The notes beneath the pieces are model-generated. The model saw only the letters and a list, made by a program, of their open reading frames with translations, had not been told where the DNA came from and ran no database searches. Shown here piece after piece: positions 9,311 through 20,642 of a stretch of 64,000 nt of DNA. The stretch's first letter is position 1, and each line of letters starts with the position of its first letter. A program made the position numbers and the translations under genes. Source of the stretch: a bacterium (GTDB lineage Bacteria > UBA8248); contig OZ242260.1 in NCBI GenBank assembly GCA_965207065.1, forward strand, positions 2,880,001 through 2,944,000. The letters run 5' to 3'.

Positions 9311-10300
9311 ATGCAGGAAAAAGCGGAAATCCGTAGCAAATACTGGCTGGCGTTGTTTTTGGTTGCGGCGTACACCATACCGTTCGGCGTCGGTATTTAT
9401 ACGGACAACGTATTCTTCGATCTCCAGTGGCTGGCGGACCTGACCACCGTCATCCTGAACGGCATCATGCAGGGCGGCGTATACGCCATGTTCGCCGTGG
9501 GGCTCACGCTCATCTTCGGCGTCATGCGCATCATCAACGTGGCGCATGGCGAACTGGTGATGCTGGGCGCCTACCTGACCTGGATGTTCTTCTTCTACGT
9601 GGGAATCGACCCGCTTCTCGCCTTGTTCCTCACGCTTCCCATCGCTTTCGTCATCGGGGTCCTTATCCAGAAGCTGCTGTTGAACGCCGTGGTGGGCGGG
9701 CCGGAACTGACGCCCTTGCTGATAACCTTCGGTCTGGGCCTCACGATCATTCATATCGTGGAGGCCATATTCACCACGGATTACCGCACTATTCCATACG
9801 CTCCCGACGCTTTGCAGATCAGCGAGTCCATCAATATAGGCCGGAGCAAGATCATCAGCTTCGTGATGGCTTCTTTCATCTCCATCAGCGTTTTCTTCTT
9901 TCTGAAAATCCACCGCATCGGCAAGGCAATCCGCGCTACAGCGCAAAATGCGGACGTCGCGATGGTTTGCGGCATCAACATTTTTCATATCTACATGATC
10001 ACATCGGGTCTCGCCGCGGCGCTTGCGGTGGCGGGCGGGGCTTTGGTGTCGATTCAATTCGGCTTCAACCCGGAAACGGGCGTTTTGTATACGTTGCAGG
10101 CCTTCGCCATCATCGTGCTCGGAGGCAGGGGCCACTATATCGGTGCGCTCATTGGAGGAGTTATGCTCGCGGTCATCGAGAGCCTCATCTCCTTCATGAT
10201 CCCCAACGGCACCGCCATGGTGGAAATTGCGTCCTACGGAATGATGGTATTCGTGCTGCTTATCAGGCCTCGCGGCCTGATGGGGCCCAAAGAAAACTAG
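9311..10300 (+). CDS. livH: Branched-chain amino acid ABC permease, LivH-like
   Basis: GLTLIFGVMRIINVAHGE, GKAIRATAQN, IIVLGGRG and RPRGLMG motifs; hydrophobic. Confidence 0.88.
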   Translation: MQEKAEIRSKYWLALFLVAAYTIPFGVGIYTDNVFFDLQWLADLTTVILNGIMQGGVYAMFAVGLTLIFGVMRIINVAHGELVMLGAYLTWMFFFYVGIDPLLALFLTLPIAFVIGVLIQKLLLNAVVGGPELTPLLITFGLGLTIIHIVEAIFTTDYRTIPYAPDALQISESINIGRSKIISFVMASFISISVFFFLKIHRIGKAIRATAQNADVAMVCGINIFHIYMITSGLAAALAVAGGALVSIQFGFNPETGVLYTLQAFAIIVLGGRGHYIGALIGGVMLAVIESLISFMIPNGTAMVEIASYGMMVFVLLIRPRGLMGPKEN

Positions 10301-10312
10301 GAGAGATCTGAA

Positions 10313-11251
10313 ATGGGCCAAAATGAACACCTGCGCAACTTCGGGATGCTGGCCGTCCTCATAATCATCCTGTGCGTGTTGCCCTCGAATATCAATCTGT
10401 ATCAGCGCTCCGTTATACTCTTCACGATGATGTACGTCATTCTCTCCCTGAGTTGGAACATCATCAGCGGCTATACGGGCTACGTGTCGTTCGGCCATGT
10501 GATGTTCTACGGCATCGGCGCATACGCCACGGGTATTCTGGTGGTGGATTACGGCTGGCACTGGATAGCGACCCTGGGCGTGGGCGTGTTCGTCTCCTTC
10601 GTAGTTTCTCTATGTATCGGGTTTCCGGTTTTGCGCCTCAAAGGTCCTTATTTCGCCATCGCCATGCTAGGCGCGGCGGAGGGTACGCGCGTGGTGGCCA
10701 CAGTGTGGGAGAGCTTGACGCACGGTGGTGAAGGAATCGGTCTGCCCAACGTGGAAAACTCCTTTGAAACCTATTTCGCCATGCTGGTGGTCATGCTGGC
10801 CACTATTATCGTGTCCTATTGGGTAGGGCATTCAAGGTTCGGGATCCGCCTGAACGCCATTCGTGAGGACGAGATCGCCGCGGAAAGCCTGGGTATCAAC
10901 ACCACGTTCTACAAGCTTTCCGCCTTCGCGCTTTCCGCCATATTCCCGGCGGCGGCCGGCGGCATCCAGGCATACAAGATTCTCTATATCGATCCTGAAA
11001 CCGAATTCTTCATTCTCGTCACCATCTACATGAAGCTCTTCGCCATGTTCGGCGGAAAAGGAACAGTGATTGGCCCCATCTTGGGCACATTCATTTTGTA
11101 TATCGTTCAGGAAATTACCTGGGTGAAGTTCCCGACGGCCCACCTCATCGCCTTCGGCGTCTTTATCGTCCTCGTGGCCCGGTTCATGCCGCGCGGATTG
11201 ATGGGATACGCCATCGACAAGGGTTGGGCGCGCAAGGGAATGGTTCACTAA
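10313..11251 (+). CDS. livM: Branched-chain amino acid ABC permease, LivM-like
   Basis: GYTGYVSFGH, RLKGPYFAI, AIREDEIAAESLGIN and GGKGTVIGP motifs. Confidence 0.88.
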   Translation: MGQNEHLRNFGMLAVLIIILCVLPSNINLYQRSVILFTMMYVILSLSWNIISGYTGYVSFGHVMFYGIGAYATGILVVDYGWHWIATLGVGVFVSFVVSLCIGFPVLRLKGPYFAIAMLGAAEGTRVVATVWESLTHGGEGIGLPNVENSFETYFAMLVVMLATIIVSYWVGHSRFGIRLNAIREDEIAAESLGINTTFYKLSAFALSAIFPAAAGGIQAYKILYIDPETEFFILVTIYMKLFAMFGGKGTVIGPILGTFILYIVQEITWVKFPTAHLIAFGVFIVLVARFMPRGLMGYAIDKGWARKGMVH

Positions 11252-11272
11252 GAAACGGAGCAGCGCAAGAAA

Positions 11273-11998
11273 ATGGCTGATGCGGAAATCGCCCTCGACA
11301 TTCAGAACCTGAAGAAGTATTTCGGGGGCATCAAGGCGGTGGACGGGTGCACGTTTCAGGTGCCCAAAGGCCAGATATCGGGCCTGATCGGACCGAACGG
11401 CTCCGGCAAGACCACCACGTTCAACCTGCTCACGGGCGTTCTCGCGGCGGACAGCGGCGAGGTGCTCTATAACGGAGAGAACATCGTCGGCTTGAGGCCA
11501 TATGAAATTTTCAACAGGGGCATCAGCCGCACGTTCCAGATTACGCGCATCTACCGGGAAATGACGGTGTTCGAGAACATGCTTTCCGCATCGAGCATGA
11601 AAATGCCTTTGCGCGAGGCGCGCGCCCGGGCGGAGCAGTTGATGGAGTTCGTCACGCTCACGAAGCTTCGCGGCGAGTATGGCGGAAATCTCTCGTACGG
11701 ACAGCAGAAACTTCTTGAATTCGCCCGCGCCCTGATGACAGACCCAGACCTCATCCTCCTCGATGAGCCGGCGGCCGGCGTCAACAGAACCCTGCTCAAC
11801 AACCTGCTCGACCACATTCACCACCTTCAGGAAGAGCAGGGGAAAACGGTGCTCATCGTCGAGCACGACATGAACGTCATCATGAATCACTGCGAAAAGG
11901 TGTTCGTGCTGGACTACGGCGTGAAAATCGCCGAGGGTCTGCCAGAGGACATTCAGACGAACGAAGAAGTCATCGAAGCATATTTTGGACACAAATAA
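11273..11998 (+). CDS. livG: Branched-chain amino acid ABC ATP-binding protein, LivG-like
   Basis: Walker [30 protein letters not shown] and EAYFG. Confidence 0.9.
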   Translation: MADAEIALDIQNLKKYFGGIKAVDGCTFQVPKGQISGLIGPNGSGKTTTFNLLTGVLAADSGEVLYNGENIVGLRPYEIFNRGISRTFQITRIYREMTVFENMLSASSMKMPLREARARAEQLMEFVTLTKLRGEYGGNLSYGQQKLLEFARALMTDPDLILLDEPAAGVNRTLLNNLLDHIHHLQEEQGKTVLIVEHDMNVIMNHCEKVFVLDYGVKIAEGLPEDIQTNEEVIEAYFGHK

Positions 11999-12712
11999 AT
12001 GGCGCTATTAGACCTCAAGGATGTCAACGCGGCGTATGGCCGAATCCAGATACTCCACGACGTGTCGCTCCACGTGAACGAAAAAGAGGTGGTGGCCGTC
12101 ATCGGGCCGAACGGCGCGGGAAAATCCACGACTTTCAAAATCATCATGGGCTTCATCAACTATCTCGGCGGCGAGATCGAGTTCGATAGTCAGAACATCG
12201 TGGGCTTCCGCCCGGATCAGATTCTGGGCCGGGGGCTGGGCTACGTACCGCAGGGCCGCATCGTCTTCAACCAGATGACGGTCAAGGAAAACCTGGAGAT
12301 GGGCGCTTACATCGAGCGCGATCAGAAGAAAATCGACGAGTCGATGGATTACGTCTTCACGCTCTTCCCGCGTCTCGGCGAGCGGCAGAAGCAGTTGGGA
12401 GGCACGATGAGCGGCGGCGAGCAGCAGATGCTGGCCATGGGACGCGCCCTGATGACGAGGCCCAAGATGATCATGCTCGACGAGCCGTCCCTGGGCTTGA
12501 GTCCCCGCTTCGTGACCGAAGTGTTCGAGAAAATCGTGAGCCTCGCCAAGGAAGGCCTGACCATCATGCTGGTCGAGCAGAACGCCGCTCGCGCCCTGGA
12601 AATTTCGGACCGGGGCTACGTGCTCGAACTCGGCAGGAACCGCTATCAGGGCGGCGGCCACGAACTCCTGAACAACCAGGAAGTCAAGATGATGTATCTG
12701 GGCGGCGGCTAA
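11999..12712 (+). CDS. livF: Branched-chain amino acid ABC ATP-binding protein, LivF-like
   Basis: GPNGAGKST, MSGGEQQMLAMGRAL, LDEPSLGL, VEQN and YLG. Confidence 0.92.
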   Translation: MALLDLKDVNAAYGRIQILHDVSLHVNEKEVVAVIGPNGAGKSTTFKIIMGFINYLGGEIEFDSQNIVGFRPDQILGRGLGYVPQGRIVFNQMTVKENLEMGAYIERDQKKIDESMDYVFTLFPRLGERQKQLGGTMSGGEQQMLAMGRALMTRPKMIMLDEPSLGLSPRFVTEVFEKIVSLAKEGLTIMLVEQNAARALEISDRGYVLELGRNRYQGGGHELLNNQEVKMMYLGGG

Positions 12713-12892
12713 CGGGCCACCCCTTCCTTTCCCGTAAAATTTGCATCCCCCTAAGTTCTGAGAGCCTCGCGTCCTCTACCTGATGCAGTTTTCTCGCCTT
12801 ATTCTCATGTCGCTTGGACTGCACCTTTACGCTAGGCTTGCGCTTCGACTCTATGCTATAAATGCTTGCTCTGCCCGGGAGGGTTTCGTGAC

Positions 12893-13543
12893 ATGATCCG
12901 CGTGAAGATTTGTGGAGTTACGACCGTCGAGGACGCGGAATTCGCCTTGGAAGCAGGCGCCGACGCACTGGGGCTGAATTTCGTTCCGGGCACTCCCCGG
13001 TGTCTGGAAGTGGCGCAGGCGAGGGAGATTGGAGATGCGCTCCCGCCTTTCGGGACGCGGGTCGGGGTTTTCGTGAACGAGCCACCCGAGCGTGTCATGG
13101 AAGTTGCGCGCCTCGTCGGTTTGGACGCAGCCCAGCTTCATGGCGATGAGTCGCCCGAAGATTGCCGCTGGCTCATCGAGCGGGGCTTGCGCGTCATTCG
13201 GGCTTTAAGGGTGAAAGGGCCGGAAACGATAGCGCAAATTGACGTTTTTCCCGATTGCGCGATTTTGCTGGACGCCTACGTGAAGGGCGCGCTCGGAGGC
13301 ACAGGCGAGACTTTCGATTGGGAATTGGCCCGGCAGGCTGCCGATGCGAGGCCCATCATCCTATCGGGTGGCCTTAAGCCCGAGAACGTGGGCGAAGCCG
13401 TGAGGAGTGTTCAGCCCTATGGCGTGGATTCGAGCAGCGGGGTAGAGGGCGCCGTTCTGGGCCGGAAGGACCCCGAGCGGGTCCTGGGTTTCATACAAAA
13501 CGCGCGCGCGGCGATATCGGAATTTGAGGAAATCAGAAGATGA
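12893..13543 (+). CDS. trpF: Phosphoribosylanthranilate isomerase
   Basis: [29 protein letters not shown] and GVDSSSGVE. Confidence 0.95.
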   Translation: MIRVKICGVTTVEDAEFALEAGADALGLNFVPGTPRCLEVAQAREIGDALPPFGTRVGVFVNEPPERVMEVARLVGLDAAQLHGDESPEDCRWLIERGLRVIRALRVKGPETIAQIDVFPDCAILLDAYVKGALGGTGETFDWELARQAADARPIILSGGLKPENVGEAVRSVQPYGVDSSSGVEGAVLGRKDPERVLGFIQNARAAISEFEEIRR

Positions 13544-14757
13544 GCGAATTGGTCTCCAGGGGAAGGTTCGGTCGGTTCGGGGGGCGCTATGTGCCTGAAA
13601 CCCTGATGCCCGCCCTTGATGAGTTGGAAGAAGCGTACGAGGAAGCCCGCAGCGACCCGGCGTATCATGAAGAACTTGCCTATTATCTGAGGGAATTCGT
13701 GGGCAGGCCCACGCCGCTCTATCTGGCGGAGCGCCTGTCCGATCATCTGGGCGTGCTGAGGGTCTACCTCAAACGTGAGGACCTCTGCCACACGGGCGCT
13801 CACAAGATAAACAACACGCTCGCCCAGGTCCTTCTGGCCAGGAGGCTGGGGAAAACGCGGATCATCGCGGAAACCGGAGCAGGCCAGCACGGGGTGGCGA
13901 CGGCGACGGCGGCGGCGCTCTTCGGCCTGGATTGCGACGTCTACATGGGCGAGGAGGACATCGGCAGGCAATCGCTCAACGTGTTCCGCATGCGTCTTCT
14001 GGGCGCGCGGGTGATTCCGGTCACCTCGGGCAGCAAGACCCTGAAGGACGCCACGAACGAGACGCTGCGTGACTGGACGGCTTCGGTGCGGACGACCCAC
14101 TACATCATCGGCTCGGTCGTGGGGCCGCACCCGTTCCCGGAAATGATACGCGATTGTCAGTCCGTCATCGGACGCGAGGCGCGTGAGCAGATTCTCGAGG
14201 CAGAAGGCCGGCTTCCCGACGCCTGCGTGGCCTGCGTGGGAGGCGGCAGCAATTCCATCGGCCTGTTCCATCCCTTCGTGGATGACGAAGACGTCGAACT
14301 CATCGGCGTGGAAGCCGGGGGCCGGGGTCTGGACACCGAGGAGCACGGCGCCTCCCTGACCGCCGGCCGCGTGGGTGTTCTGCACGGCTGCGAGACGTTC
14401 CTGCTGTATGACGATGACGGACAGATCATCCCGGCCCATTCGGTGTCCGCGGGCCTTGATTATCCCGGCGTGGGTCCCGAACACTCCCATTTGAAGGATA
14501 CCGGCCGCGCGCGCTATGTGACGGTCGAAGACCACGACGCGCTCAAGGCGTTCCAGCAGCTCTCCGTGCTGGAGGGCATCATCCCCGCCTTCGAAAGCGC
14601 CCACGCGATTTCCTATCTGGACCGCCTGGCCCAGGAGACGAGAGAGGCGGGCGAGATGAAGACCGTGGTGCTGTGCCTCTCGGGCCGGGGGGACAAGGAC
14701 GTTCATCAGGCGGAAGGGCTATTGACGGAAATGCTCGATGACGAGGACGTGCGCTGA
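13540..14757 (+). CDS. trpB: Tryptophan synthase beta chain
   Basis: [31 protein letters not shown] and SGRGDKD. Confidence 0.98.
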   Translation: MSELVSRGRFGRFGGRYVPETLMPALDELEEAYEEARSDPAYHEELAYYLREFVGRPTPLYLAERLSDHLGVLRVYLKREDLCHTGAHKINNTLAQVLLARRLGKTRIIAETGAGQHGVATATAAALFGLDCDVYMGEEDIGRQSLNVFRMRLLGARVIPVTSGSKTLKDATNETLRDWTASVRTTHYIIGSVVGPHPFPEMIRDCQSVIGREAREQILEAEGRLPDACVACVGGGSNSIGLFHPFVDDEDVELIGVEAGGRGLDTEEHGASLTAGRVGVLHGCETFLLYDDDGQIIPAHSVSAGLDYPGVGPEHSHLKDTGRARYVTVEDHDALKAFQQLSVLEGIIPAFESAHAISYLDRLAQETREAGEMKTVVLCLSGRGDKDVHQAEGLLTEMLDDEDVR

Positions 14758-15575
14758 TGGGCGGCAGACTGGAAGCGTGTTTCAACCGTTTGCGCGCAGA
14801 GGGCCGGGCCGGTCTGTTCCCGTTCGTTACAGCGGGCGACCCTGACCTTGGCTTCACCCGTGAACTCCTGCCCCTCATGACCGAGGCGGGAGCGGACGGC
14901 TTCGAGATAGGGGTTCCCTTCAGCGATCCCCTGGCGGACGGCCCCACCATTCAGCGTTCGAGCATGCGTTCGCTTGCGGGCGGCACCCGCCTGAACGGCG
15001 TTCTGGAGATGGTCGGAGAGGTTCGCGCGGACATACCGGATACGCCGCTGGTGCTGATGACGTATTACAACCCCATCATCGCCATGGGCCTGGCGGAGTT
15101 CGTGCGCGGCGCATCGCAGGTGGGGGCCGACGCCGTCATCGTGCCCGACCTGCCGCCCGAAGAAGCGAGCGCTATTGTCGAGATCATGAACGATTATCCG
15201 CTCGTGCCCGTCTTCATGCTCGCGCCGACGAGCACCCAGGAGCGTATCGAGCTGGTGAACGAAGTGGGCGGCGGTTTTATCTACTACGTCGGTCAGATGG
15301 GTGTCACCGGCGCGCGCGACGCCCTGGATTCGGATTTGGGCGCCACCCTGACGAGGATCAACCGGGTGAAGAACCGGCCCGTTCTCGTGGGGTTCGGCAT
15401 CAAGACGCCCGAGCAGGCCGCAGAGGTGGCCGGGCATGCCGATGGCGTCATCGTGGGCAGCGCGCTGATAGACGTCATGGAGGCGGAAGCGTCGCGTGAG
15501 GACAAGATGCGGGCGGCTTGCGATTACATCGCCTCTTTGCGGGAAGGTCTCGACCGTTCAAAAACGGTTTCTTGA
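14757..15575 (+). CDS. trpA: Tryptophan synthase alpha chain
   Basis: EIGVPFSDPLADGPTIQ, PDLPPEE, GVTGAR, VGFGI and DGVIVGSA. Confidence 0.97.
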   Translation: MGGRLEACFNRLRAEGRAGLFPFVTAGDPDLGFTRELLPLMTEAGADGFEIGVPFSDPLADGPTIQRSSMRSLAGGTRLNGVLEMVGEVRADIPDTPLVLMTYYNPIIAMGLAEFVRGASQVGADAVIVPDLPPEEASAIVEIMNDYPLVPVFMLAPTSTQERIELVNEVGGGFIYYVGQMGVTGARDALDSDLGATLTRINRVKNRPVLVGFGIKTPEQAAEVAGHADGVIVGSALIDVMEAEASREDKMRAACDYIASLREGLDRSKTVS

Positions 15576-15630
15576 CAACCAATTTCAACATGATGCGTAA
15601 GAATCTGTAGATCATTTCGAGGGTAATGCC

Positions 15631-17043
15631 ATGTCGAAAAACACACTCTACGATAAGGTTTGGGATTCCCACACCGTGGCCAGGCTCGATTCGGGCCAGG
15701 ACCAGATTTTCATCGGCCTGCATCTCATCCATGAGGTCACCACGCCCCAGGCGTTCGGGATGCTCAAGGAAATCGGCGCCGGCGTCGCTTTTCCCGGCCG
15801 CACGATGGGGACGGTGGACCACATCATCCCCACGCTCAGCCAGATAAGGCCCTATGAGGACGAACAGGCCGAGAAGATGATGGCCGCCCTGGAGCAGAAC
15901 GTGAACGAGTTCGGCGTCCGCTTCTTGCATCTCGATTCCGGGAAGCAGGGCATCGTTCACGTCATCGGGCCGGAGTTGGGGCTCAGCCAGCCCGGCATGA
16001 CCATCGCCTGCGGCGACAGCCACACGAGCACGCACGGCGCGATGGGATCACTGGGCTTCGGCATCGGCACGACCGAGGTGGGCCACGTCCTGGCGACGCA
16101 GACCCTGGCGCTGAACCGCCTGAAGGTGAAGCGAATCGAGGTCACGGGCGCTCTCGGCCCCGGCGTGACGCCCAAGGACGTGACCTTGCGCGTCATCCAC
16201 GATCTGGGCATCAAGGGCGGTCTGGGTTTCGCCTATGAGTACGGCGGCGACGTTTTCGATGCCATGTCGATGGAAGGACGCATGACGGTCTGCAACATGA
16301 GCATCGAGGGCGGCGCCCGAATCGGCTACGTGAATCCGGATCAGACGACGTTCGATTATCTCGAGGGCCGCGAGTTCAGCCCCGAAGGAGAAGCCTGGGA
16401 GAGGGGCCTCGCGTACTGGCGGGATATCGCCTCTGGCGATGACGCGGAATATGACGACGTCTACGAGATTGCGGGCGAATCGATCGAACCGATGGTCACC
16501 TGGGGCATCAACCCGGGGCATTCTGTCGGGATTTCTCAGCCGCTGCCCGAAGTGAATAGTTTCGCGGGAGAGGACAGGAATACGGCGGAACACGGCTATG
16601 AATTCATGGCCCTCAAGCCGGGCGAGTCCATTCTGGGCACGAAGGTCGACGTCGCCTTCCTGGGTTCCTGCACGAATTCGAGAATCTCAGACTTGCGCGA
16701 GGGCGCGCAGCTGATAAATGGCAACAAGGTTCACCCAGGGGTCAGGATGCTGGTGGTGCCCGGCTCCCAGCAGGTGAAGCAGCAGGCCGAGGAAGAGGGA
16801 TTGCACGAAATTTTCACCGAAGCGGGCGCGGAGTGGCGCGAAGCGGGATGCTCGATGTGCCTGGGCATGAACCCGGACAAGCTCGTGGGTGCGGAGAGAA
16901 GCATTTCCACCTCGAACCGCAATTTCATCGGGCGTCAGGGCAGTCCGCGCGGAAGAACGCACCTGGGCAGTCCGGCCGTTGTCGTCTCCTCAGCGATTGC
17001 GGGCTGCATCGCGGACCCCAGAGAGATGGGAGAACAGGCATGA
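15631..17043 (+). CDS. leuC: 3-isopropylmalate dehydratase large subunit
   Basis: [36 protein letters not shown] and STSNRNF. Confidence 0.97.
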   Translation: MSKNTLYDKVWDSHTVARLDSGQDQIFIGLHLIHEVTTPQAFGMLKEIGAGVAFPGRTMGTVDHIIPTLSQIRPYEDEQAEKMMAALEQNVNEFGVRFLHLDSGKQGIVHVIGPELGLSQPGMTIACGDSHTSTHGAMGSLGFGIGTTEVGHVLATQTLALNRLKVKRIEVTGALGPGVTPKDVTLRVIHDLGIKGGLGFAYEYGGDVFDAMSMEGRMTVCNMSIEGGARIGYVNPDQTTFDYLEGREFSPEGEAWERGLAYWRDIASGDDAEYDDVYEIAGESIEPMVTWGINPGHSVGISQPLPEVNSFAGEDRNTAEHGYEFMALKPGESILGTKVDVAFLGSCTNSRISDLREGAQLINGNKVHPGVRMLVVPGSQQVKQQAEEEGLHEIFTEAGAEWREAGCSMCLGMNPDKLVGAERSISTSNRNFIGRQGSPRGRTHLGSPAVVVSSAIAGCIADPREMGEQA

Positions 17044-17648
17044 GCACGAAAAGAATCGAAAAAATCGTTGGCAAGGCCATCCCCATGCCGCGCGACGACA
17101 TCGATACCGACAGGATCACGCCGGCCCGCTTTCTCAAGTCCATCACCTTCGAGGGCATCGAGAAGGCCCTGTTTTGCGATGAGCGCGAGAACACGCCCGA
17201 TCATCCCGTCGACAACCCTGCTCACAAAGGGGCCAACATGATGTTCGTGGGCAAGAACTTCGGTTCGGGTTCCTCGCGCGAGCACGCCCCGCAGGCTCTC
17301 AAGCGCTTCGGCATCGAAGTGCTCGTCGGGGTATCGTTTGCCGAGATTTTTGCGGGCAACTGCTTCGCCATCGGCGTGCCGCTCGGCGTGGCGTCGGCGG
17401 ATGACGTGAATGAGCTGATCAGACAGGCGCAGGAAGAACCGGAGACGCGCTTCAACGTGGACATCAGGAATTCCACTGTCAGCTTCGGCGATCGCGTCAT
17501 TCCCATCGACATCCAGGAGACGCGCAAGGCCGCCTTTTTAGCCGGCACGTGGGACATGCTCACCAATTTACGGGGTAACCTGCCCCAAGCGGAGGAGGTG
17601 GCCGCGCGCCTGCCGTACGTCACGAATTTCGAGAACGACGCGCAATAA
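17040..17648 (+). CDS. leuD: 3-isopropylmalate dehydratase small subunit
   Basis: [24 protein letters not shown] and SFAEIF. ATGA overlap with leuC. Confidence 0.96.
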   Translation: MSTKRIEKIVGKAIPMPRDDIDTDRITPARFLKSITFEGIEKALFCDERENTPDHPVDNPAHKGANMMFVGKNFGSGSSREHAPQALKRFGIEVLVGVSFAEIFAGNCFAIGVPLGVASADDVNELIRQAQEEPETRFNVDIRNSTVSFGDRVIPIDIQETRKAAFLAGTWDMLTNLRGNLPQAEEVAARLPYVTNFENDAQ

Positions 17649-17665
17649 AGAGAGGAGAGTTATCG

Positions 17666-18754
17666 GTGAGCAGTTATCGGATAGCCGTTTTGCCGGGTGA
17701 CGGCATCGGCCAGGAGGTGGTGGCGCAGGCGCGCTCGACCCTGGAGGCGGCGGGCGCTCGCTTTGGCGCCAGTTTCGAGTTTGAAGAAGGACTTTGCGGC
17801 GGTGCGGCTTATGACGCGACGGGCGAGCCCCTTCCCGAGGAGACCCTCGCCCTCTGCCGCAGGAGCGAAGCGGGGCTGTTCGGCGCCGTGGGAGGCCCCA
17901 AATGGGATGAACTCTCTCGCGACAAACGCCCCGAACAGGCCATCCTGGGTTTACGGAAAGAGCTCAACCTTTTCGCCAATCTGAGGCCCGCCGTCATGTT
18001 CGATCCGCTGGTCGAAGCCTCCTCGCTCAAGCCCGAAGTCGTTCGCGGGCTCGACATGCTCGTCGTGCGCGAGGGCGTGAGCGGCATATATTTCGGCCAG
18101 CCGAGAGGCATCGAGCGGCTCTCTGCGGATGAGGAAAAAGCGGTCGACACTATGACGTACACCACGGGCGAGATTCGCCAGATCGTCCGCCTCGCGTTCG
18201 AGTTGGCCTCGGTGCGCGGGAAGAAGCTCTGCTCGGTGGACAAGGAGAACGTTCTCGACAACAGCCGTCTGTGGCGCCGGGTCGCCACAGACGTCGCCGG
18301 GGAATTCCCCGACATCGAAACAAGCCACATGTACGTGGATAACGCGGCGATGCAGTTGATTCGCGACCCGCTGCAATTCGACGTCATCGTGACGGGCAAC
18401 ATGTTCGGCGACATCCTGAGCGATTGCGCTTCGATGCTCACGGGTTCCATCGGCATGCTCGCCTCGGCGAACCTGAACGAGACCGGTTTCGGCCTCTACG
18501 AACCGGTGCACGGCACCGCGCCAGACATCGCCGGCCAGGACAAGGCGAACCCGATTGCGGCCATCATGTCGGCTGCCATGCTGTGCCGCTACTCGCTTAA
18601 GCGGGTGGACGTGGCCGAAGCCATCGAGGCGGCCGTGGCCGCTGCGCTCGATGAGGGCCTCAGAACATCCGACATCCATACACCCGGCGCTACGGCGGTG
18701 GGTTGTGAAGAGATGGGCGCGAGAGTCGCTGTTCTGGCGGGTGGGGCGTCGTGA
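17666..18754 (+). CDS. leuB: 3-isopropylmalate dehydrogenase
   Basis: PGDGIG, NLRP, YVDNAAMQL, NMFGDILSD and EPVHGTAPDIAG. Confidence 0.97.
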   Translation: MSSYRIAVLPGDGIGQEVVAQARSTLEAAGARFGASFEFEEGLCGGAAYDATGEPLPEETLALCRRSEAGLFGAVGGPKWDELSRDKRPEQAILGLRKELNLFANLRPAVMFDPLVEASSLKPEVVRGLDMLVVREGVSGIYFGQPRGIERLSADEEKAVDTMTYTTGEIRQIVRLAFELASVRGKKLCSVDKENVLDNSRLWRRVATDVAGEFPDIETSHMYVDNAAMQLIRDPLQFDVIVTGNMFGDILSDCASMLTGSIGMLASANLNETGFGLYEPVHGTAPDIAGQDKANPIAAIMSAAMLCRYSLKRVDVAEAIEAAVAAALDEGLRTSDIHTPGATAVGCEEMGARVAVLAGGAS

Positions 18755-19764
18755 TGCGCGTCGCCGTCGCCGGCGCCACCGGCGCGGTGGGCCGGGAGAT
18801 GCTCCGGATTCTTGAGGAGCGGAATTTCCCCGCCGAAGAGGTCGTTTTGCTTGCGAGCGAGCGCAGCGTGGGCCGGAAAATCTCGTTTCGGGACTCGGAA
18901 CTCACGGTAAGCAGGCTTACCAAGGATGCCTTCAAGGGCGTGGACTTGGCGCTGTTCTCGTGTGGCGCTAGCCGCTCACTCGAGTTCGCACCTGCGGCCG
19001 TGAAGTCTGGGGCGGTGGTGGTGGATAATTCCAGCGCCTATCGGATGGATGAGGATGTTCCCCTCGTGGTGCCGGAGGTGAACCCGGATGCGATGGCTGC
19101 GCACCAGGGAGTCATCGCCAACCCGAACTGCTCCACCATTCAGCTCGTGGTGGCGCTTAAGCCCCTTCATGATGCAGCGCGCATCAAGCGGATCGTGGTG
19201 AGCACCTACCAGGCGGTGAGCGGAGCGGGGCAGGCCGCGATAGACGAGATGCAGGCGCAAGTCGATGGCGACGCTGCGGCCCCAGAGAAAATGCCCCATG
19301 AGATCGCCTTCAACTGCCTGCCGCATATCGACGTTTTCCTGGATGGCGGGCATACGAAAGAGGAAAAGAAGATGGTCGATGAGACGCGAAAGATCATGGG
19401 CGCGCCTCATCTGGCTGTCAGCGCCACCTGCGTGCGGGTTCCCGTTTACAACGCGCACTCGGAGTCGGTGAACGTGGAGCTTGAAGACTCTATCTCACCG
19501 GATGAAGCGCGATCGTTGCTTTCCCGCGCGCCGGGCGTGGAGGTGGTGGATGACGTGGAATCGTTCTCCTATCCCATGCCCAAGGACGCCGACGGAGAGG
19601 ATCCGGTATATGTGGGCCGCATCCGCCGGGATGATTCACGCGAAAACACGCTCAACCTGTGGGTGGTGGCGGATAACCTGAGAAAAGGGGCTGCGCTGAA
19701 CGCGGTGCAGATTGCCGAGACCCTGATAGAGAAGGGAATGCTCCGGGCGGCCCCGGTGAAATGA
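18751..19764 (+). CDS. asd: Aspartate-semialdehyde dehydrogenase
   Basis: GATGAVG, NPNCSTIQ, QAVSGAG, CVRVPV..HSE and DNLRKGAALNAVQIAE. Confidence 0.97.
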   Translation: MMRVAVAGATGAVGREMLRILEERNFPAEEVVLLASERSVGRKISFRDSELTVSRLTKDAFKGVDLALFSCGASRSLEFAPAAVKSGAVVVDNSSAYRMDEDVPLVVPEVNPDAMAAHQGVIANPNCSTIQLVVALKPLHDAARIKRIVVSTYQAVSGAGQAAIDEMQAQVDGDAAAPEKMPHEIAFNCLPHIDVFLDGGHTKEEKKMVDETRKIMGAPHLAVSATCVRVPVYNAHSESVNVELEDSISPDEARSLLSRAPGVEVVDDVESFSYPMPKDADGEDPVYVGRIRRDDSRENTLNLWVVADNLRKGAALNAVQIAETLIEKGMLRAAPVK

Positions 19765-19784
19765 TGACGAACGAGGTTATATAA

Positions 19785-20642
19785 GTGTCTGATGTGAAAA
19801 TCGGGATAATCGGAGGAAGCGGCCTTTACGAGATAGCGGAGTTGAGCGAGGTGGAAGAACGCGCGCTCGATACACCCTACGGCGCGCCCTCGGCCCCCTA
19901 TGTTGTTGGGACGTTCTCCGGCAAGCGAATCGCCTTTCTGCCCCGACACGGTAGAGGGCACGTATATCTTCCGAATGAAATTCCCTTCCGGGCCAATATC
20001 CATGGATTCAAGCAGTTGGGCGTGGAATGGCTGATATCCGTCAGCGCGGTGGGTAGTCTGAAAGAAGATATTCATCCGGGCCACATCGTGATTCCCGACC
20101 AGTTCATCGACCTCACAAAAACGCGAATAGCCACTTTTTTCGGCGACGGCGTCGTCGCCCACGTGTCTATGGCGGACCCGGTGTGCGGGGTGCTGAGCGG
20201 GATACTGATGGGCGCAGCCGTCCAGGCGGGCGCGACGGCGCACGCGGGCGGGACGTACGTGTGCATGGAAGGCCCCCAGTTCAGCAGCCGGGCGGAGAGT
20301 TTCCGCTACCGCGACTGGGGCGCATCGATTATCGGGATGACGAACATGCCCGAGGCCAAGCTCGCGCGCGAGGCGGAGATGAGCTACGCCACCATCGCGC
20401 TGGCGACGGATTATGACTGCTGGCACGAGGAGGAAGAGGCGGTGAGCGTGGAGGCCGTGATCGCCCTCGTGAGGCGCAACGCGACCCTCGCGCAGCAGAT
20501 TATCAAAAAGGCAGTACCTGAAATTGATGGCGACAGCCCCTTTTCAGGCTCTTTGGCGACGGCCCTTATGACGGACCCTGCCCGCATGCCGAGCGAGACG
20601 AAAGAACGTCTCAGTCACCTGATTGGAAAATACATATCGTGA
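19785..20642 (+). CDS. mtnP: S-methyl-5'-thioadenosine phosphorylase
   Basis: IGGSG, PRHG, EGPQFS.RAES, GMT..PE.KLARE and TDYDCW. Confidence 0.93.
   Translation: MSDVKIGIIGGSGLYEIAELSEVEERALDTPYGAPSAPYVVGTFSGKRIAFLPRHGRGHVYLPNEIPFRANIHGFKQLGVEWLISVSAVGSLKEDIHPGHIVIPDQFIDLTKTRIATFFGDGVVAHVSMADPVCGVLSGILMGAAVQAGATAHAGGTYVCMEGPQFSSRAESFRYRDWGASIIGMTNMPEAKLAREAEMSYATIALATDYDCWHEEEEAVSVEAVIALVRRNATLAQQIIKKAVPEIDGDSPFSGSLATALMTDPARMPSETKERLSHLIGKYIS

Noticed and set aside
12713-12892. trp attenuator or T-box leader
   Set aside because: No Trp-rich leader peptide, T-box consensus or terminator/antiterminator pair could be seen.
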